Below are positions 20,053-29,391 of a stretch of DNA of 64,000 nucleotides, one piece after another. The stretch is from a bacterium (GTDB lineage: Bacteria > SAR324 > NAC60-12), in the NCBI GenBank assembly GCA_965233585.1, contig CBDDTI010000745.1:128001-192000 (forward strand). The letters run 5' to 3'. The notes under the pieces are model-generated. The model did no database searches and was not told the DNA's origin. It saw only the letters and a program-made list of their open reading frames with translations. The translations under genes and the position numbers were made by a program. The stretch's first letter is position 1. The number at the start of each line of letters is the position of its first letter.

Positions 20053-21225
20053 TTATAAACGATTCAAATCTCCAAGCACCGCCGCAGAAAACAACTTGGT
20101 CAAATCGTCAGCACAAAGCGGTTTAGCATTGGTTGGTGTAGAAGGGTCAGCTTCTGCCAAATCTCCAATGGATTCTGCTTGATCCAAAGGAATCTCAATT
20201 TCTCCAAGACTATGGGGAATGTTCAATTCCTGACGCAACTTCAAAAAAAACTCCAAAACACCTGATGTTCCTTGCCCGGGCAACTGAAGATAATTGCTCA
20301 AATAATCCATTTTTTCTCCAATGGCATCAGCATTTTGTTTGAGTGCATAAGGTAAAAGAATCGCATTGGTCAGTCCATGATGTGCATTATAGATTGCACC
20401 AATAGGATGAGCTAAAGAATGGACTGACCCCAATCCTTTTTGAAAGGCAGTAGCTCCCATCGTTGCCGCAACAAGCATCTGTCCACGTGCTTCCAAATCC
20501 TGACCATTTTGAAAAGCACGAGGCAGATAAGTTTTGACCAAACGCATTGCTTCCAGTGCAATCCCATCTGCCATAGGGTGATAACTCGGTGAACAAAATG
20601 CTTCCCAAGCATGAGTCATCGCATCAAGACCTGTCCATGCTGTGAGGTGAGCAGGCAGTGCCAAAGTCAATTCAGGGTCAGCAATGACAAGTGACGGGAG
20701 CATAGTAGGGTGAAAAATAATCACTTTACGTTGGCTTTGTGTGTTCACAATCACTGATGCACGCCCCACTTCAGAGCCTGTTCCTGCCGTAGTAGGAATG
20801 GCAATGACAGGCGGGAGGTTGGTTGCTTTGGCTTTTTTCCAATTTTCTCCTACATCTTCAAACTCCCAAAGTGGCAAGTCTTGTTCTGCCATCAAGGCAA
20901 TGGTTTTTCCTGCATCAAGACCTGACCCTCCACCCAAAGCGATGACTCCATCATGTTTTCCTTCCCTATAAACTTCAACACCATTGAGAACATTTTCCCC
21001 AGTAGGATTTCCTTGAACATCAGAATAAAGACTCACTTGCAACCCTTGACTGGTTAGTAGTTTAAGTGTGTTTTGAACAACTGGAAGATGAGCCAATCCT
21101 GCATCGGTGACCAATAACGGCTTTTGGATATTCTTATCACGGCAAGCTCTTGGCAGTTCTTGGATACGACCACGTCCAAACCAAATAGTGGTGGGATAAT
21201 TCCAATTAGCTTGTGGTAAAGTCAT
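20053..21225 (-). CDS. Iron-containing alcohol dehydrogenase
   Basis: GGGSGLDAGK, PTTAGTGSE, DAMTH, HSLAH, HHG. Confidence 0.93.
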   Translation of the reverse strand: MTLPQANWNYPTTIWFGRGRIQELPRACRDKNIQKPLLVTDAGLAHLPVVQNTLKLLTSQGLQVSLYSDVQGNPTGENVLNGVEVYREGKHDGVIALGGGSGLDAGKTIALMAEQDLPLWEFEDVGENWKKAKATNLPPVIAIPTTAGTGSEVGRASVIVNTQSQRKVIIFHPTMLPSLVIADPELTLALPAHLTAWTGLDAMTHAWEAFCSPSYHPMADGIALEAMRLVKTYLPRAFQNGQDLEARGQMLVAATMGATAFQKGLGSVHSLAHPIGAIYNAHHGLTNAILLPYALKQNADAIGEKMDYLSNYLQLPGQGTSGVLEFFLKLRQELNIPHSLGEIEIPLDQAESIGDLAEADPSTPTNAKPLCADDLTKLFSAAVLGDLNRL

Positions 21226-21252
21226 CTTGGTTTTTGGAACGAGCAAAAGGTT

Positions 21253-22635
21253 TTAGAGTTTCAAGTGATAAGATTTAGGGCGTGTGAGGTGTTGATAACC
21301 AAGTGCGGAAAGCGTCACGCCACGTCCAGTATTTTTGACTCCAGTCCAAGCTAATGCTGGGTCAAGATAATCACAACGATTCATAAACACAGTGCCTGTC
21401 TCTAGGAATTGTCCCAGCTGTTTAGCACGTTCTACATCTTGAGTCCAAAGCGAAGCTGTCAATCCATACTGGCTGTCATTCATCAGCTGAAGGGCTTCTT
21501 GGTCATTGCTCACTTTCATTATGCCAACAACGGGTCCAAAACTTTCTTCTTGCATCACTGCCATCTCGTGATTGACATTCACTAAAACGTGAGGTGCCAG
21601 ATAAGGCGTGCCAGCACATGAGTTTTTAAAATGACTTTCATCAATCAAAGATGTTGCCCCTGAATGAACAGCCTGTGCAATTTGGCTTCTGACAAAATCT
21701 GCCGCTTGAGTTTTCACCATTGGACCTAAATTGGTGTCCTCTTCTAGTGGATTTCCAAGACGATATGCTTTGGTTTCTTCTACAAAACACTCTACAAATT
21801 CCTTGTAAATTGCTTGTTCCACATAAATTCTCTCAATACCACAACAAGATTGTCCAGAATTGAAAAATGCACCATCTACCAAACTTGCTACTGCTTGATT
21901 CAAATTGGCATCTGAACAGACGTAAGCAGGGTCTTTCCCCCCCAATTCCAAACCACAGGGAATGAACTTTTCAACAATGTTTTTTTGGACAACTTTTCCT
22001 CCTTCTACTGAACCTGTAAAAAACACTCCACAGGTGTCTTGATGAGCGACTAAAACGGCAGCCAGTTCGTGATTCAAGTGCAAATGTTGAAAGACTCCTT
22101 GAGGAAACCCTGCTTGTTGTGCCGCCTGACTGTAACGTTCTGCAACCAATGGAGTTTGGAAAGAATGCTTCAAAATCACAACATTTCCTGCAACCAATGC
22201 GGGTATGATGGCATTCACCGATGTCAGCCATGGATAATTCCAAGGACTCAAAACTACGACAACCCCTAAAGGTTCATGGGCAATCCAACGTTCAAAACCT
22301 TTCTTTTGATTAGGCAAGTCAGGGGCAAGGGCTTCTTGGGCAATCTCAATCATGTAGCCAGCACGTTCTGCAAAGCCGTCAATCTCAAAAGGGGTTTGAC
22401 TGATGGGTCTCCCCATTTGCCAAGTGATTTCTTCTGATAGTTGTTTTTTTTGGTCAATAAGAATCTCAACAAAACGTGTGACAGATGCAATCCGTTCTTC
22501 CAGCAAAAGTGATTTCCATTCAAGAAAACCCTGCTTTGCTTGTTTCAAAGCATTTTCAATGTCTTGATGGGTCTGTTGTTCTCCTTCTTTGTAAATTGAC
22601 TGGTCAACAGGGCTAATGGTTTGATAACGTCGCAT
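21253..22635 (-). CDS. Aldehyde dehydrogenase
   Basis: PWNYP, FTGS, LELGGKDP, GQSCC, EESFGP; ATG 22635 preferred over the track start 22683. Confidence 0.94.
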   Translation of the reverse strand: MRRYQTISPVDQSIYKEGEQQTHQDIENALKQAKQGFLEWKSLLLEERIASVTRFVEILIDQKKQLSEEITWQMGRPISQTPFEIDGFAERAGYMIEIAQEALAPDLPNQKKGFERWIAHEPLGVVVVLSPWNYPWLTSVNAIIPALVAGNVVILKHSFQTPLVAERYSQAAQQAGFPQGVFQHLHLNHELAAVLVAHQDTCGVFFTGSVEGGKVVQKNIVEKFIPCGLELGGKDPAYVCSDANLNQAVASLVDGAFFNSGQSCCGIERIYVEQAIYKEFVECFVEETKAYRLGNPLEEDTNLGPMVKTQAADFVRSQIAQAVHSGATSLIDESHFKNSCAGTPYLAPHVLVNVNHEMAVMQEESFGPVVGIMKVSNDQEALQLMNDSQYGLTASLWTQDVERAKQLGQFLETGTVFMNRCDYLDPALAWTGVKNTGRGVTLSALGYQHLTRPKSYHLKL

Positions 22636-22807
22636 GTGGCGTCTTTTGTGATGAGAAATTGATTGACAGTTGGTGTAAATCACTTTTTTTCATATCTCTC
22701 GCACTTCTGATTCTTTCAAGGGGTATGATGTTCTCTGTGTTTTAAAAAATTGTTTTCATTTAAATGAATCATCAAAAACCTTTCACAGAATTATGAAAGA
22801 TTTGGCA

Positions 22808-22836
22808 AGAATACACAAAACTCATCACTTATGCAA
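22808..22836 (-). promoter_or_regulatory. Promoter module copy B, upstream of the ALDH operon
   Basis: TTGCAT-N17-TATTCT; CTTTCA-N8-TGAAAG palindrome at 22780-22799. Confidence 0.7.
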
Positions 22837-22938
22837 GTCTTTTTTTAATCTTGGTGAGATGAGTTGAAAAATACCAAATCATTTTTGGAAAAGGTGTGAT
22901 AGCATTTTGCTGTTTTTTGACTTCTGACAAATTGACTG

Positions 22939-23313
22939 ATGAATCGTCTCATTTACTACACATATTTTGCCTTCTTTGCCTTGGGTGCAGGAGTCGCAGA
23001 AGCAGGGATTACACTAGTTTGGTTTGATGAATTTTTCCCTTTATGGAGCAAGGAAACCATTTTATTCACAAGGTTTGCAGGGTCGTTGATTGGTGGGGCT
23101 TTCTTGATTGCCAAATTCAATCTTTCTCGGTTTTGTTATGTCACACTAGGTCTGGCTCATTTGCTGTTGCTTGTTCCGTCTGATGAAACAGGGATTTTTG
23201 CTTTTTTTATACGTGGCGTAGTGGGAATCATCTTGGTCATTTTTCATAACACACAGATTGGCATTTTGATTGAGAATTTGGAGAGGCGTCAGAAGGTGAT
23301 GAATCTGGCACAG
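22939..23313 (+). pseudogene. Truncated duplicate of the MFS gene 25004-26134
   Basis: First ~125 codons nearly identical to the full gene, then reads into attC sequence. Confidence 0.9.
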
Positions 23314-23333
23314 ACGGTGGGACGTTATTCAAT

Positions 23334-23411
23334 GCCTAACGCCAAAAACCAGAGGCTGACAGCACAGAGCGAAGCGGCGTTTTGGCAGTCCGCTGGAGTA
23401 CCTTGTTAGGC
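23334..23411 (-). mobile_element. Integron attC site 1 (78 bp)
   Basis: GCCTAAC AAGGTACTCCAGCGGACTGCCAAAACGCCGCTTCGCTCTGTGCTGTCAGCCTCTGGTTTTTGGC GTTAGGC: complementary RYYYAAC/GTTRRRY ends, imperfect stem, upstream ORF stop inside the first box. Confidence 0.85.
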
Positions 23412-23513
23412 TTTTTTGTCTTTTGGTGATTTGTGATTTATGGCTTGATACGCAACGACACCAAGACCAGCGATAAAGAATAAGAATGTGAATATAAATA
23501 GGTATTGTCCCAT
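23406..23513 (-). CDS. 35-aa single-pass membrane peptide (cassette gene)
   Basis: MGQYLFIFTFLFFIAGLGVVAYQAINHKSPKDKKA*; TAATG overlap with upstream ORF; stop inside attC. Confidence 0.65.
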   Translation of the reverse strand: MGQYLFIFTFLFFIAGLGVVAYQAINHKSPKDKKA

Positions 23514-23737
23514 TACAATTTCAGACGGTCCAAACATTTAAAAACCTTGCGATTTATAGCCGCAATAATGACAGTGATAAAAACAATAGACATTGAGCAA
23601 AGAAGTAAAACTGCTATATCTTGTTCTTGAAAGTTTTGTACAAACCAAGCCAACAACGATAAATCGGTTGCTACAAAAATGGCAAAAACAACTTTATACC
23701 AACCAATTTCTTCTTTGATTCTAGCTTCCTCAGACAT
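23513..23737 (-). CDS. Small two-TM membrane protein (cassette gene)
   Basis: 74 aa, two hydrophobic segments, lies between two attC sites. Confidence 0.75.
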   Translation of the reverse strand: MSEEARIKEEIGWYKVVFAIFVATDLSLLAWFVQNFQEQDIAVLLLCSMSIVFITVIIAAINRKVFKCLDRLKL

Positions 23738-23783
23738 GGTTTTGATTTTATCAAGTCTGCGGTGAAAAGCAAAATTTGAACGA

Positions 23784-23843
23784 ACTTAACGCCCAAATAA
23801 GCGGTGGCTTTTTGATGTCCGAGTAGCATTTGCCTTGTTATGC
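23784..23843 (-). mobile_element. Integron attC-like site 2 (60 bp)
   Basis: GCATAAC AAGGCAAATG..CGG...CCG..ATTTGGGC GTTAAGT, starting 2 bp after the nuclease stop. Confidence 0.72.
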
Positions 23844-23845
23844 AC

Positions 23846-24796
23846 TCACTCAACCCCAATTAACAATTCTGGAGCATGCCGAATTACAAATCTAGCAACA
23901 TCAGAGCCAGCTATTATATCTATGGCTTTACCTATTTTTTCTGAGGCTTGCCTAACACAATCTTCTAACTCTTCTGTTTTTTCTGCGGTAGTAATAAGCA
24001 GTCCACCATCAGCCTCGTACTTTTTAATACCATTCACAATTTGATCTACAGCATTTAAATCATAGTGTTTCCCTTCATAGGATTTTGCCTGCACTATCAA
24101 TCTACTGGTAAAACTAACCCCTATTATTGGGTTTTGAAACTCTACAATTAAATCCGCTCCATTATCAGTCTTCCACCCAAATCCGTTTTGTATGGATTCA
24201 ACATTGGGCATATTATCAAAAATTCTATGTAAAAACCTTTCAAACTCCTTGCTCTTATTCATTTCGTGAATATAACCACTAATTTGTGGTAGCAATTCAC
24301 TCACCTTTTCTTTGAGGTGAATAACCCCTCGAGACTCGTCTTGATTCTCTGAAAATTGATTCCTTTTGATGTTATCCAATGATTGTAAAAAATCTTTCAC
24401 CTGCAACACTCTCTGTCCTCTGCGCATGGGTGCCAAATTAACAGATGGCAGAATATTCACATCTTTACGATTAAATTCGACAATAGTTTTAGGGTCAACA
24501 GGAATGTAATTATTGAAATCACGACCCCAAGAACATTCTACTCCATCATCAAAATCATACTCCCCAGTAGATTGAACCGCCACACAATTGTCATAGCTTG
24601 GATTATTGATATGGACTATCCAGTCTCCTTTTTTGATTCTCAGTAAAAAAGCATTTTTTCCAAGATAGTTTTTTCTTAAGTCACCGCCTTGTGCCCATCC
24701 AAAACGAGATTTACCTAATTTGATTGACTCATAAACTTTTTTACGAGCGTCTTCGCAATTATCTATTTTTGCAAAAGCATAAACTTGTGTTTCCAT
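23846..24796 (-). CDS. Mrr-like (type IV) restriction endonuclease, cassette gene
   Basis: C-terminal EFE...GADLIV...IVQAK motif and GGLLITT; lower GC than flanks. Confidence 0.8.
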   Translation of the reverse strand: METQVYAFAKIDNCEDARKKVYESIKLGKSRFGWAQGGDLRKNYLGKNAFLLRIKKGDWIVHINNPSYDNCVAVQSTGEYDFDDGVECSWGRDFNNYIPVDPKTIVEFNRKDVNILPSVNLAPMRRGQRVLQVKDFLQSLDNIKRNQFSENQDESRGVIHLKEKVSELLPQISGYIHEMNKSKEFERFLHRIFDNMPNVESIQNGFGWKTDNGADLIVEFQNPIIGVSFTSRLIVQAKSYEGKHYDLNAVDQIVNGIKKYEADGGLLITTAEKTEELEDCVRQASEKIGKAIDIIAGSDVARFVIRHAPELLIGVE

Positions 24797-24837
24797 TTTA
24801 TTCCTTCATTACTATTGAATTTAAACGAATTGACCAC

Positions 24838-25378
24838 CAAAAACCTTTCACAGAATTATGAAAGATTTGGCAAGAATACACAAAACTCATCACTTATGCA
24901 AGTCTTTTTTTAATCTTGGTGAGATGAGTTGAAAAATACCAAATCATTTTTGGAAAAGGTGTGATAGCATTTTGCTGTTTTTTGACTTCTGACAAATTGA
25001 CTGATGAATCGTCTCATTTACTACACATATTTTGCCTTCTTTGCCTTGGGTGCAGGAGTCGCAGAAGCAGGGATTACACTAGTTTGGTTTGATGAATTTT
25101 TCCCTTTATGGAGCAAGGAAACCATTTTATTCACAAGGTTTGCAGGGTCGTTGATTGGTGGGGCTTTCTTGATTGCCAAATTCAATCTTTCTCGGTTTTC
25201 TTATGGCACACTAGGTCTGGCACATTTGCTATTGCTTGTTCCGTCTGATGAAACAGGGATTTTTGCTTTTTTTATGCGTGGCGTTGCAGGAATCATCTTG
25301 GTCATTTTTCATAACACACAGATTGCCATCTTGATTGAGAATTTGGAGAAGCGTCAGAAGGTGATGAATCTGGCTCAG
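24838..25378. repeat. 541-bp direct duplication, right copy
   Basis: Matches 22773-23313. Confidence 0.95.
24873..24901 (-). promoter_or_regulatory. Promoter module copy C, upstream of the cassette array
   Basis: TTGCAT-N17-TATTCT, ~77 bp upstream of the nuclease ATG. Confidence 0.7.
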
Positions 25379-26134
25379 TTGATGTTTGGTTTAGGTGCTG
25401 CCTTCTTTCCATTGATGATGTTTGTCCTCAGCTGGCTTGGCACACAGCTTTCTACAATCATCACTTTGAGCATGATTTGCCTTGCAACTACCTATTTTGT
25501 CTTAGCCTTTTTATTTAAAGGCTGCTACGACTCCCAAACAGAAGAAAAAAGAAGCCAGCAAGAAGGTCAAACCAGCAAGCTCAATCTTGCTTTTTTAGGA
25601 ATTTACGTCAGCGTCTTTTTCATGTATGCAGGCATAGAAAACGGGTTGGCGGGATATTTACACTCGTGGGTTCTGGAGTATTTGACCTTTGATGCAGAGT
25701 ATGAAACGTATTTAATTTATTCGTTGTTTTGGCTATGCCTTGCGATAGGCAGACTTTGGGGGTATTTTTTGGGTTTCAGAATGTCTTCCTTTCAGATTGT
25801 CATGCTGAATAGTGTTGGAATGCTGGCAGGGGCAGGTTTAGTCATTTCTGGGCAAATTGTTATAGGTGTCATGTTGCTTGCTTTGAATATAGGACCAATG
25901 TTTGCCAACCTCTATTTATTGGTATATCGCACTTGTGGAACAACTGAGCAAATTTCTGCTTCTACCATGACTGCCAGCGGTTTAGGGTCTATGTTGATTG
26001 GCTCACAACTCAATCGCGTCCTAGATTTCTTTTTCCAAACAATTATCCTGCTGATTGTGATAATGACCTCCCTGATTCTTTTTGCAGAGATGAAGTATAA
26101 GCACAAAATGGCATCAACGCACAGAGGTCATTGA
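25004..26134 (+). CDS. MFS transporter (FucP/TsgA-like)
   Basis: ~12 hydrophobic segments; FGLGAAFFP, FMYAGIENG, LAIGRL, GPMFA. Confidence 0.8.
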   Translation: MNRLIYYTYFAFFALGAGVAEAGITLVWFDEFFPLWSKETILFTRFAGSLIGGAFLIAKFNLSRFSYGTLGLAHLLLLVPSDETGIFAFFMRGVAGIILVIFHNTQIAILIENLEKRQKVMNLAQLMFGLGAAFFPLMMFVLSWLGTQLSTIITLSMICLATTYFVLAFLFKGCYDSQTEEKRSQQEGQTSKLNLAFLGIYVSVFFMYAGIENGLAGYLHSWVLEYLTFDAEYETYLIYSLFWLCLAIGRLWGYFLGFRMSSFQIVMLNSVGMLAGAGLVISGQIVIGVMLLALNIGPMFANLYLLVYRTCGTTEQISASTMTASGLGSMLIGSQLNRVLDFFFQTIILLIVIMTSLILFAEMKYKHKMASTHRGH

Positions 26135-26335
26135 CAGGTCAAGGTGAGCAATGACTAAAACGCAACCTCTCTCGGTCATTCCGTGCCTGACGCGGAATCT
26201 ATCACCAAACCAAGCACAGATTCCTAACATGACTGGATTCCTGCCTTCGCTCCGAATGACAAAAAAAGAGGCAAGAATGACCAAATGCAACACAGCAAAA
26301 TCCTCCTGTCATTGCTCACCTTGACCCGCAATCTC
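26135..26335. repeat. REP/REPIN-like palindrome cluster 3
   Basis: 26176-26260 is an inverted copy of 1144-1253; 26258-26313 matches 36661-36716. Confidence 0.85.
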
Positions 26336-26447
26336 TTTTTTGTTCTTGTTTTATTTTTTTCTTTGCTTTGTTTCAACTTCTTCCTCTATCTTCCTTCAAA
26401 AAATGCTAGGGTTTTATTTTTTGAGTATTTTCAATTTAGGGGTAAAG

Positions 26448-26519
26448 ATGTCAAAACGTTTAGATAGAGTAGAAAAAATCTTGGAAGAAGCTAGTGCCTT
26501 TGCTAAAGAGTACAAATGA
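26448..26519 (+). pseudogene. Short ORF, possible N-terminal gene remnant
   Basis: AGGGG RBS-like then MSKRLDRVEKILEEASAFAKEYK*. Confidence 0.35.
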
Positions 26520-26571
26520 AGGTTGAACAATGCAGTGAAATGCTATAGATTGTAGATTTTCTACTTTATTT

Positions 26572-28158
26572 ATGGAGGTGTCTATGCTGAACGCTATGTC
26601 TTTGGATCAAAAAATTGGTCAGTTGTTTATTCTTGCCTTTCCGACTAAGCAAATAGAACCAGTTTTACCTTTGATTCAAAAGTATCAAATTGGAGGTTGC
26701 TACATCAGTCAGGATAATGCGGCTACTTTTGAAGAAGCCAAACAACTCACACAGCAAATTCAAAGTGAGGCGTTAAAAGCTGACCCTAAATTGCCTTTGC
26801 TTTTAGGGGTAGATCAAGAAGGTGCATGGGGGATACTCATTCCTGAGTCAACGATAGGTCCCGGGAATTTAGCTCTGGGTGCTGGAAATGATTTGGAAAC
26901 GACCAAGAAAATGTACCAAATCTTTGCAGAAGAAATGGGGTCAGTAGGCTATCAAGTCAACCTTGCTCCTTGTTCAGATGTCAACTTAGACCCTAGAAAC
27001 CCAATTATTGGCACAAGGTCATTCGGGCAATGTCCAGAGTTAGTTGCAAAGCATGTGGCTGCTGCAGTAGAAGGAACTAAAAAAGGTGGGGGCATTTCTA
27101 CTGCCAAGCATTTTCCAGGACACGGGGACACTCATCTTTGCTCTCATAGAGAATTGCCTCAAGTGGATAAACCAAGAGAAGAGTTGATGAAGAATGAGTT
27201 TCTTCCTTTTCAAGCGGCAATAGATGCAGGTGTTGACCTCATTATGACTAGCCATATTTTATTTCCACAAATAGACCCAGACTATCCTACGACCCTTTCA
27301 TCAAAAATCTTGACAGACCTTTTGAGGCACAGCATGGGATTCAAAGGATTAATCATTACAGACAGCATGAACATGGGAGCGATGAAAAAAACGTATGACC
27401 CCCATAAATCTACACTTCAGGCACTTCAAGCTGGTGCTGATTTGGTCATGTTTTCTGAAGAGCATTATGACCATTCAGATGACTACTTTCAAAAACAAGT
27501 GGACACGATTGAAAGTGTGATTCATGCAGTCAAGAATGGAGAAATTTCATTGTCTTTGATTGAAAGTAAGGTAGAAAGAATGATTGATTTTAAACTCAAA
27601 AATTTACAAAAAAGAGAGTCTTTGAACTTGCTTTCAAAAAAAGAAAAACAAGAGATTGAGCAAAGGGCAGCGGTTAATGCCATTCAAGTTGTCAAAAATG
27701 AGAATCATTGCTTGCCTATTCGTTGGGAGGCGTCTGTTGCTGTTGTCAATGCAACACCTGTCAGTTCTTACAGTCGCCTAGTCAATTCTCGGGGTATTGG
27801 TCCTAATCAAGCTCAACCAGCTTATGAAGCCTTAAAAGAAACTTTGCAAACTTTCAAAACTGATGTTGCTTTTCTAAATTATGAGAAAATTATCGCAGAC
27901 TTGTCTTGCTTAGAACAATATCAAACTGTCATTGCAGTCACAGAAAACTACCCTTTACCAGGTGAAGATTTTGAGACAAAGGAACAGGTTCAGTTGATTC
28001 AAAAATTGGTCAGTCAGTACAGCCAAAAACTGGTTGTTGTTGGTTTGAGAAGCCCTGATGAGTTAATGGATTTTGAAGATGTTGCTTGCTATCTGACTTC
28101 GCATTCTAGTCGCACTTGTTCTGCTCAAGCTGTAGCCCGTTTTTTACTTGACAATTAA
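26572..28158 (+). CDS. GH3 beta-N-acetylglucosaminidase (NagZ-like, two-domain)
   Basis: VDQEG, RSFG, KHFPGHGDTHLCSH, ITDSMNMGA. Confidence 0.88.
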   Translation: MEVSMLNAMSLDQKIGQLFILAFPTKQIEPVLPLIQKYQIGGCYISQDNAATFEEAKQLTQQIQSEALKADPKLPLLLGVDQEGAWGILIPESTIGPGNLALGAGNDLETTKKMYQIFAEEMGSVGYQVNLAPCSDVNLDPRNPIIGTRSFGQCPELVAKHVAAAVEGTKKGGGISTAKHFPGHGDTHLCSHRELPQVDKPREELMKNEFLPFQAAIDAGVDLIMTSHILFPQIDPDYPTTLSSKILTDLLRHSMGFKGLIITDSMNMGAMKKTYDPHKSTLQALQAGADLVMFSEEHYDHSDDYFQKQVDTIESVIHAVKNGEISLSLIESKVERMIDFKLKNLQKRESLNLLSKKEKQEIEQRAAVNAIQVVKNENHCLPIRWEASVAVVNATPVSSYSRLVNSRGIGPNQAQPAYEALKETLQTFKTDVAFLNYEKIIADLSCLEQYQTVIAVTENYPLPGEDFETKEQVQLIQKLVSQYSQKLVVVGLRSPDELMDFEDVACYLTSHSSRTCSAQAVARFLLDN

Positions 28159-28175
28159 AAAATGTGTGATACACT
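28148..28175 (+). promoter_or_regulatory. Sigma70-like promoter
   Basis: TTGACA-N16-TACACT with TGn extended -10. Confidence 0.5.
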
Positions 28176-28210
28176 GCTCATTTTTAACGCTAGAAGAGGT
28201 TGAGAGTATA

Positions 28211-29317
28211 ATGGATAAGTTATCGTACTTGTTAATGGTTGCAGGAACATTGATCAGTTTTGTTGGCTGTGGAGTCAGTGATACTAGCAAAGTAGAAACA
28301 TTGACTTTTCAATCTGAACGCACGGTTTCTGATTACACAACGTCAAGAGATGGTGACGTTACTGCATCTTTTTCGGGTCTTGAGAAAAATCTTGACCATG
28401 CAAATGGTGTAAGTGAATATAGCCAAGGAAGTCTTTTGAAACGTGGGACGTATGATGATTTTTTAACACAAATCAGGGTGTTTGAATCAAGCATTGATCC
28501 TAAAAAAGCTCAGTATTATACAGATAATTATGATAACCCTGCAGCGGTTCCATATCCTGAGGTAGAGTATCCCGGCAGAGTCATCAGAGATAACGCGGGT
28601 AATCCTGTCCGAAGCACAACTTCTATAAAAGGCTATTTTGAAAAATTAGGAATAGATCACCTTTACCAGAAGGGAACAACAGACCCAGAAGTTTTTAGAC
28701 AGATGCAATATGCTGTCATTAATTACTTGGGGTTTGTTGGCTATCAGTTTAGTGAACAAGATTTGTGGGTGTTGGGGTATTATGAGCATACAACGCCTCA
28801 TGGAGACCTTCCGATTATTTACTCAGATGTTCCTAATTCTGTTTGGGCAAATGGTGTGCGTTCTGTCATGAGGGAGGTGCCAGACTTTGGGCTGTCTATT
28901 GTTACAGATGTTAATACATGGGAGGGTATTTGGTTGGGTAAGCACGGAATCAACTCTTTCAAAGATTTGATAGACCCAGTCAAACAAGATTTTGTAGCCA
29001 AAGATCATTTCAAATATAAATACGATAGAATTGTTGAGTTCCTTGCTAAACATGAAAAAACAATTCAACAATATCTTGGAACAAAGTTGTACTGGGATAG
29101 ATGTATCCCCCCAGTTTCTCCGCCTCCGGGAGGAAGAAGTAATGAAGTGGTTGTGACTATGTCTGGTTTATTGGCTGGGGCGCATCTTAGAGGTGCGGCT
29201 GGAGTAGAAGCGTTGTTGATTGACCATGAAAACCATGCTGACGAAAATGGGACGACTATTTTGCAATATGTTCAAGATTTTGGAGGTTACCAGACCCCGT
29301 TTGGTTCAACTCATTAA
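28211..29317 (+). CDS. Lipoprotein with putative lysozyme-like fold
   Basis: Signal ending FVGC; motifs FESS, GFVGYQF, SGLLAGAHLRGAAGV, DENGTT..Y..FGGY. Confidence 0.6.
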   Translation: MDKLSYLLMVAGTLISFVGCGVSDTSKVETLTFQSERTVSDYTTSRDGDVTASFSGLEKNLDHANGVSEYSQGSLLKRGTYDDFLTQIRVFESSIDPKKAQYYTDNYDNPAAVPYPEVEYPGRVIRDNAGNPVRSTTSIKGYFEKLGIDHLYQKGTTDPEVFRQMQYAVINYLGFVGYQFSEQDLWVLGYYEHTTPHGDLPIIYSDVPNSVWANGVRSVMREVPDFGLSIVTDVNTWEGIWLGKHGINSFKDLIDPVKQDFVAKDHFKYKYDRIVEFLAKHEKTIQQYLGTKLYWDRCIPPVSPPPGGRSNEVVVTMSGLLAGAHLRGAAGVEALLIDHENHADENGTTILQYVQDFGGYQTPFGSTH

Positions 29318-29341
29318 AAATTTCAACTTTTGTTATTTGCT

Positions 29342-29361
29342 CACATCACATGTGTGATGTG
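29342..29361. promoter_or_regulatory. Operator-like palindrome upstream of the sugar-binding protein
   Basis: CACATCACA-tg-TGTGATGTG perfect 9-bp inverted repeat. Confidence 0.5.
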
Positions 29362-29391
29362 CTATTTAATCTTTCAATCAAAGAGGAAAAA

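Larger units (their letters stand above)
22773..23313. repeat. 541-bp direct duplication, left copy (promoter copy B plus MFS 5' end)
   Basis: Matches 24838-25378 at offset 2065; identical up to ~23134, about a dozen substitutions afterwards. Confidence 0.95.

Noticed and set aside
20053..21225. Fe-ADH as the missing phosphonoacetaldehyde reductase
   Set aside because: It lies inside the glutamylation catabolic cluster ~14 kb from ppd, which explains it better
22939..23409. 156-aa ORF as a novel fusion protein
   Set aside because: It is a truncated MFS duplicate whose tail is read-through of the attC opposite strand
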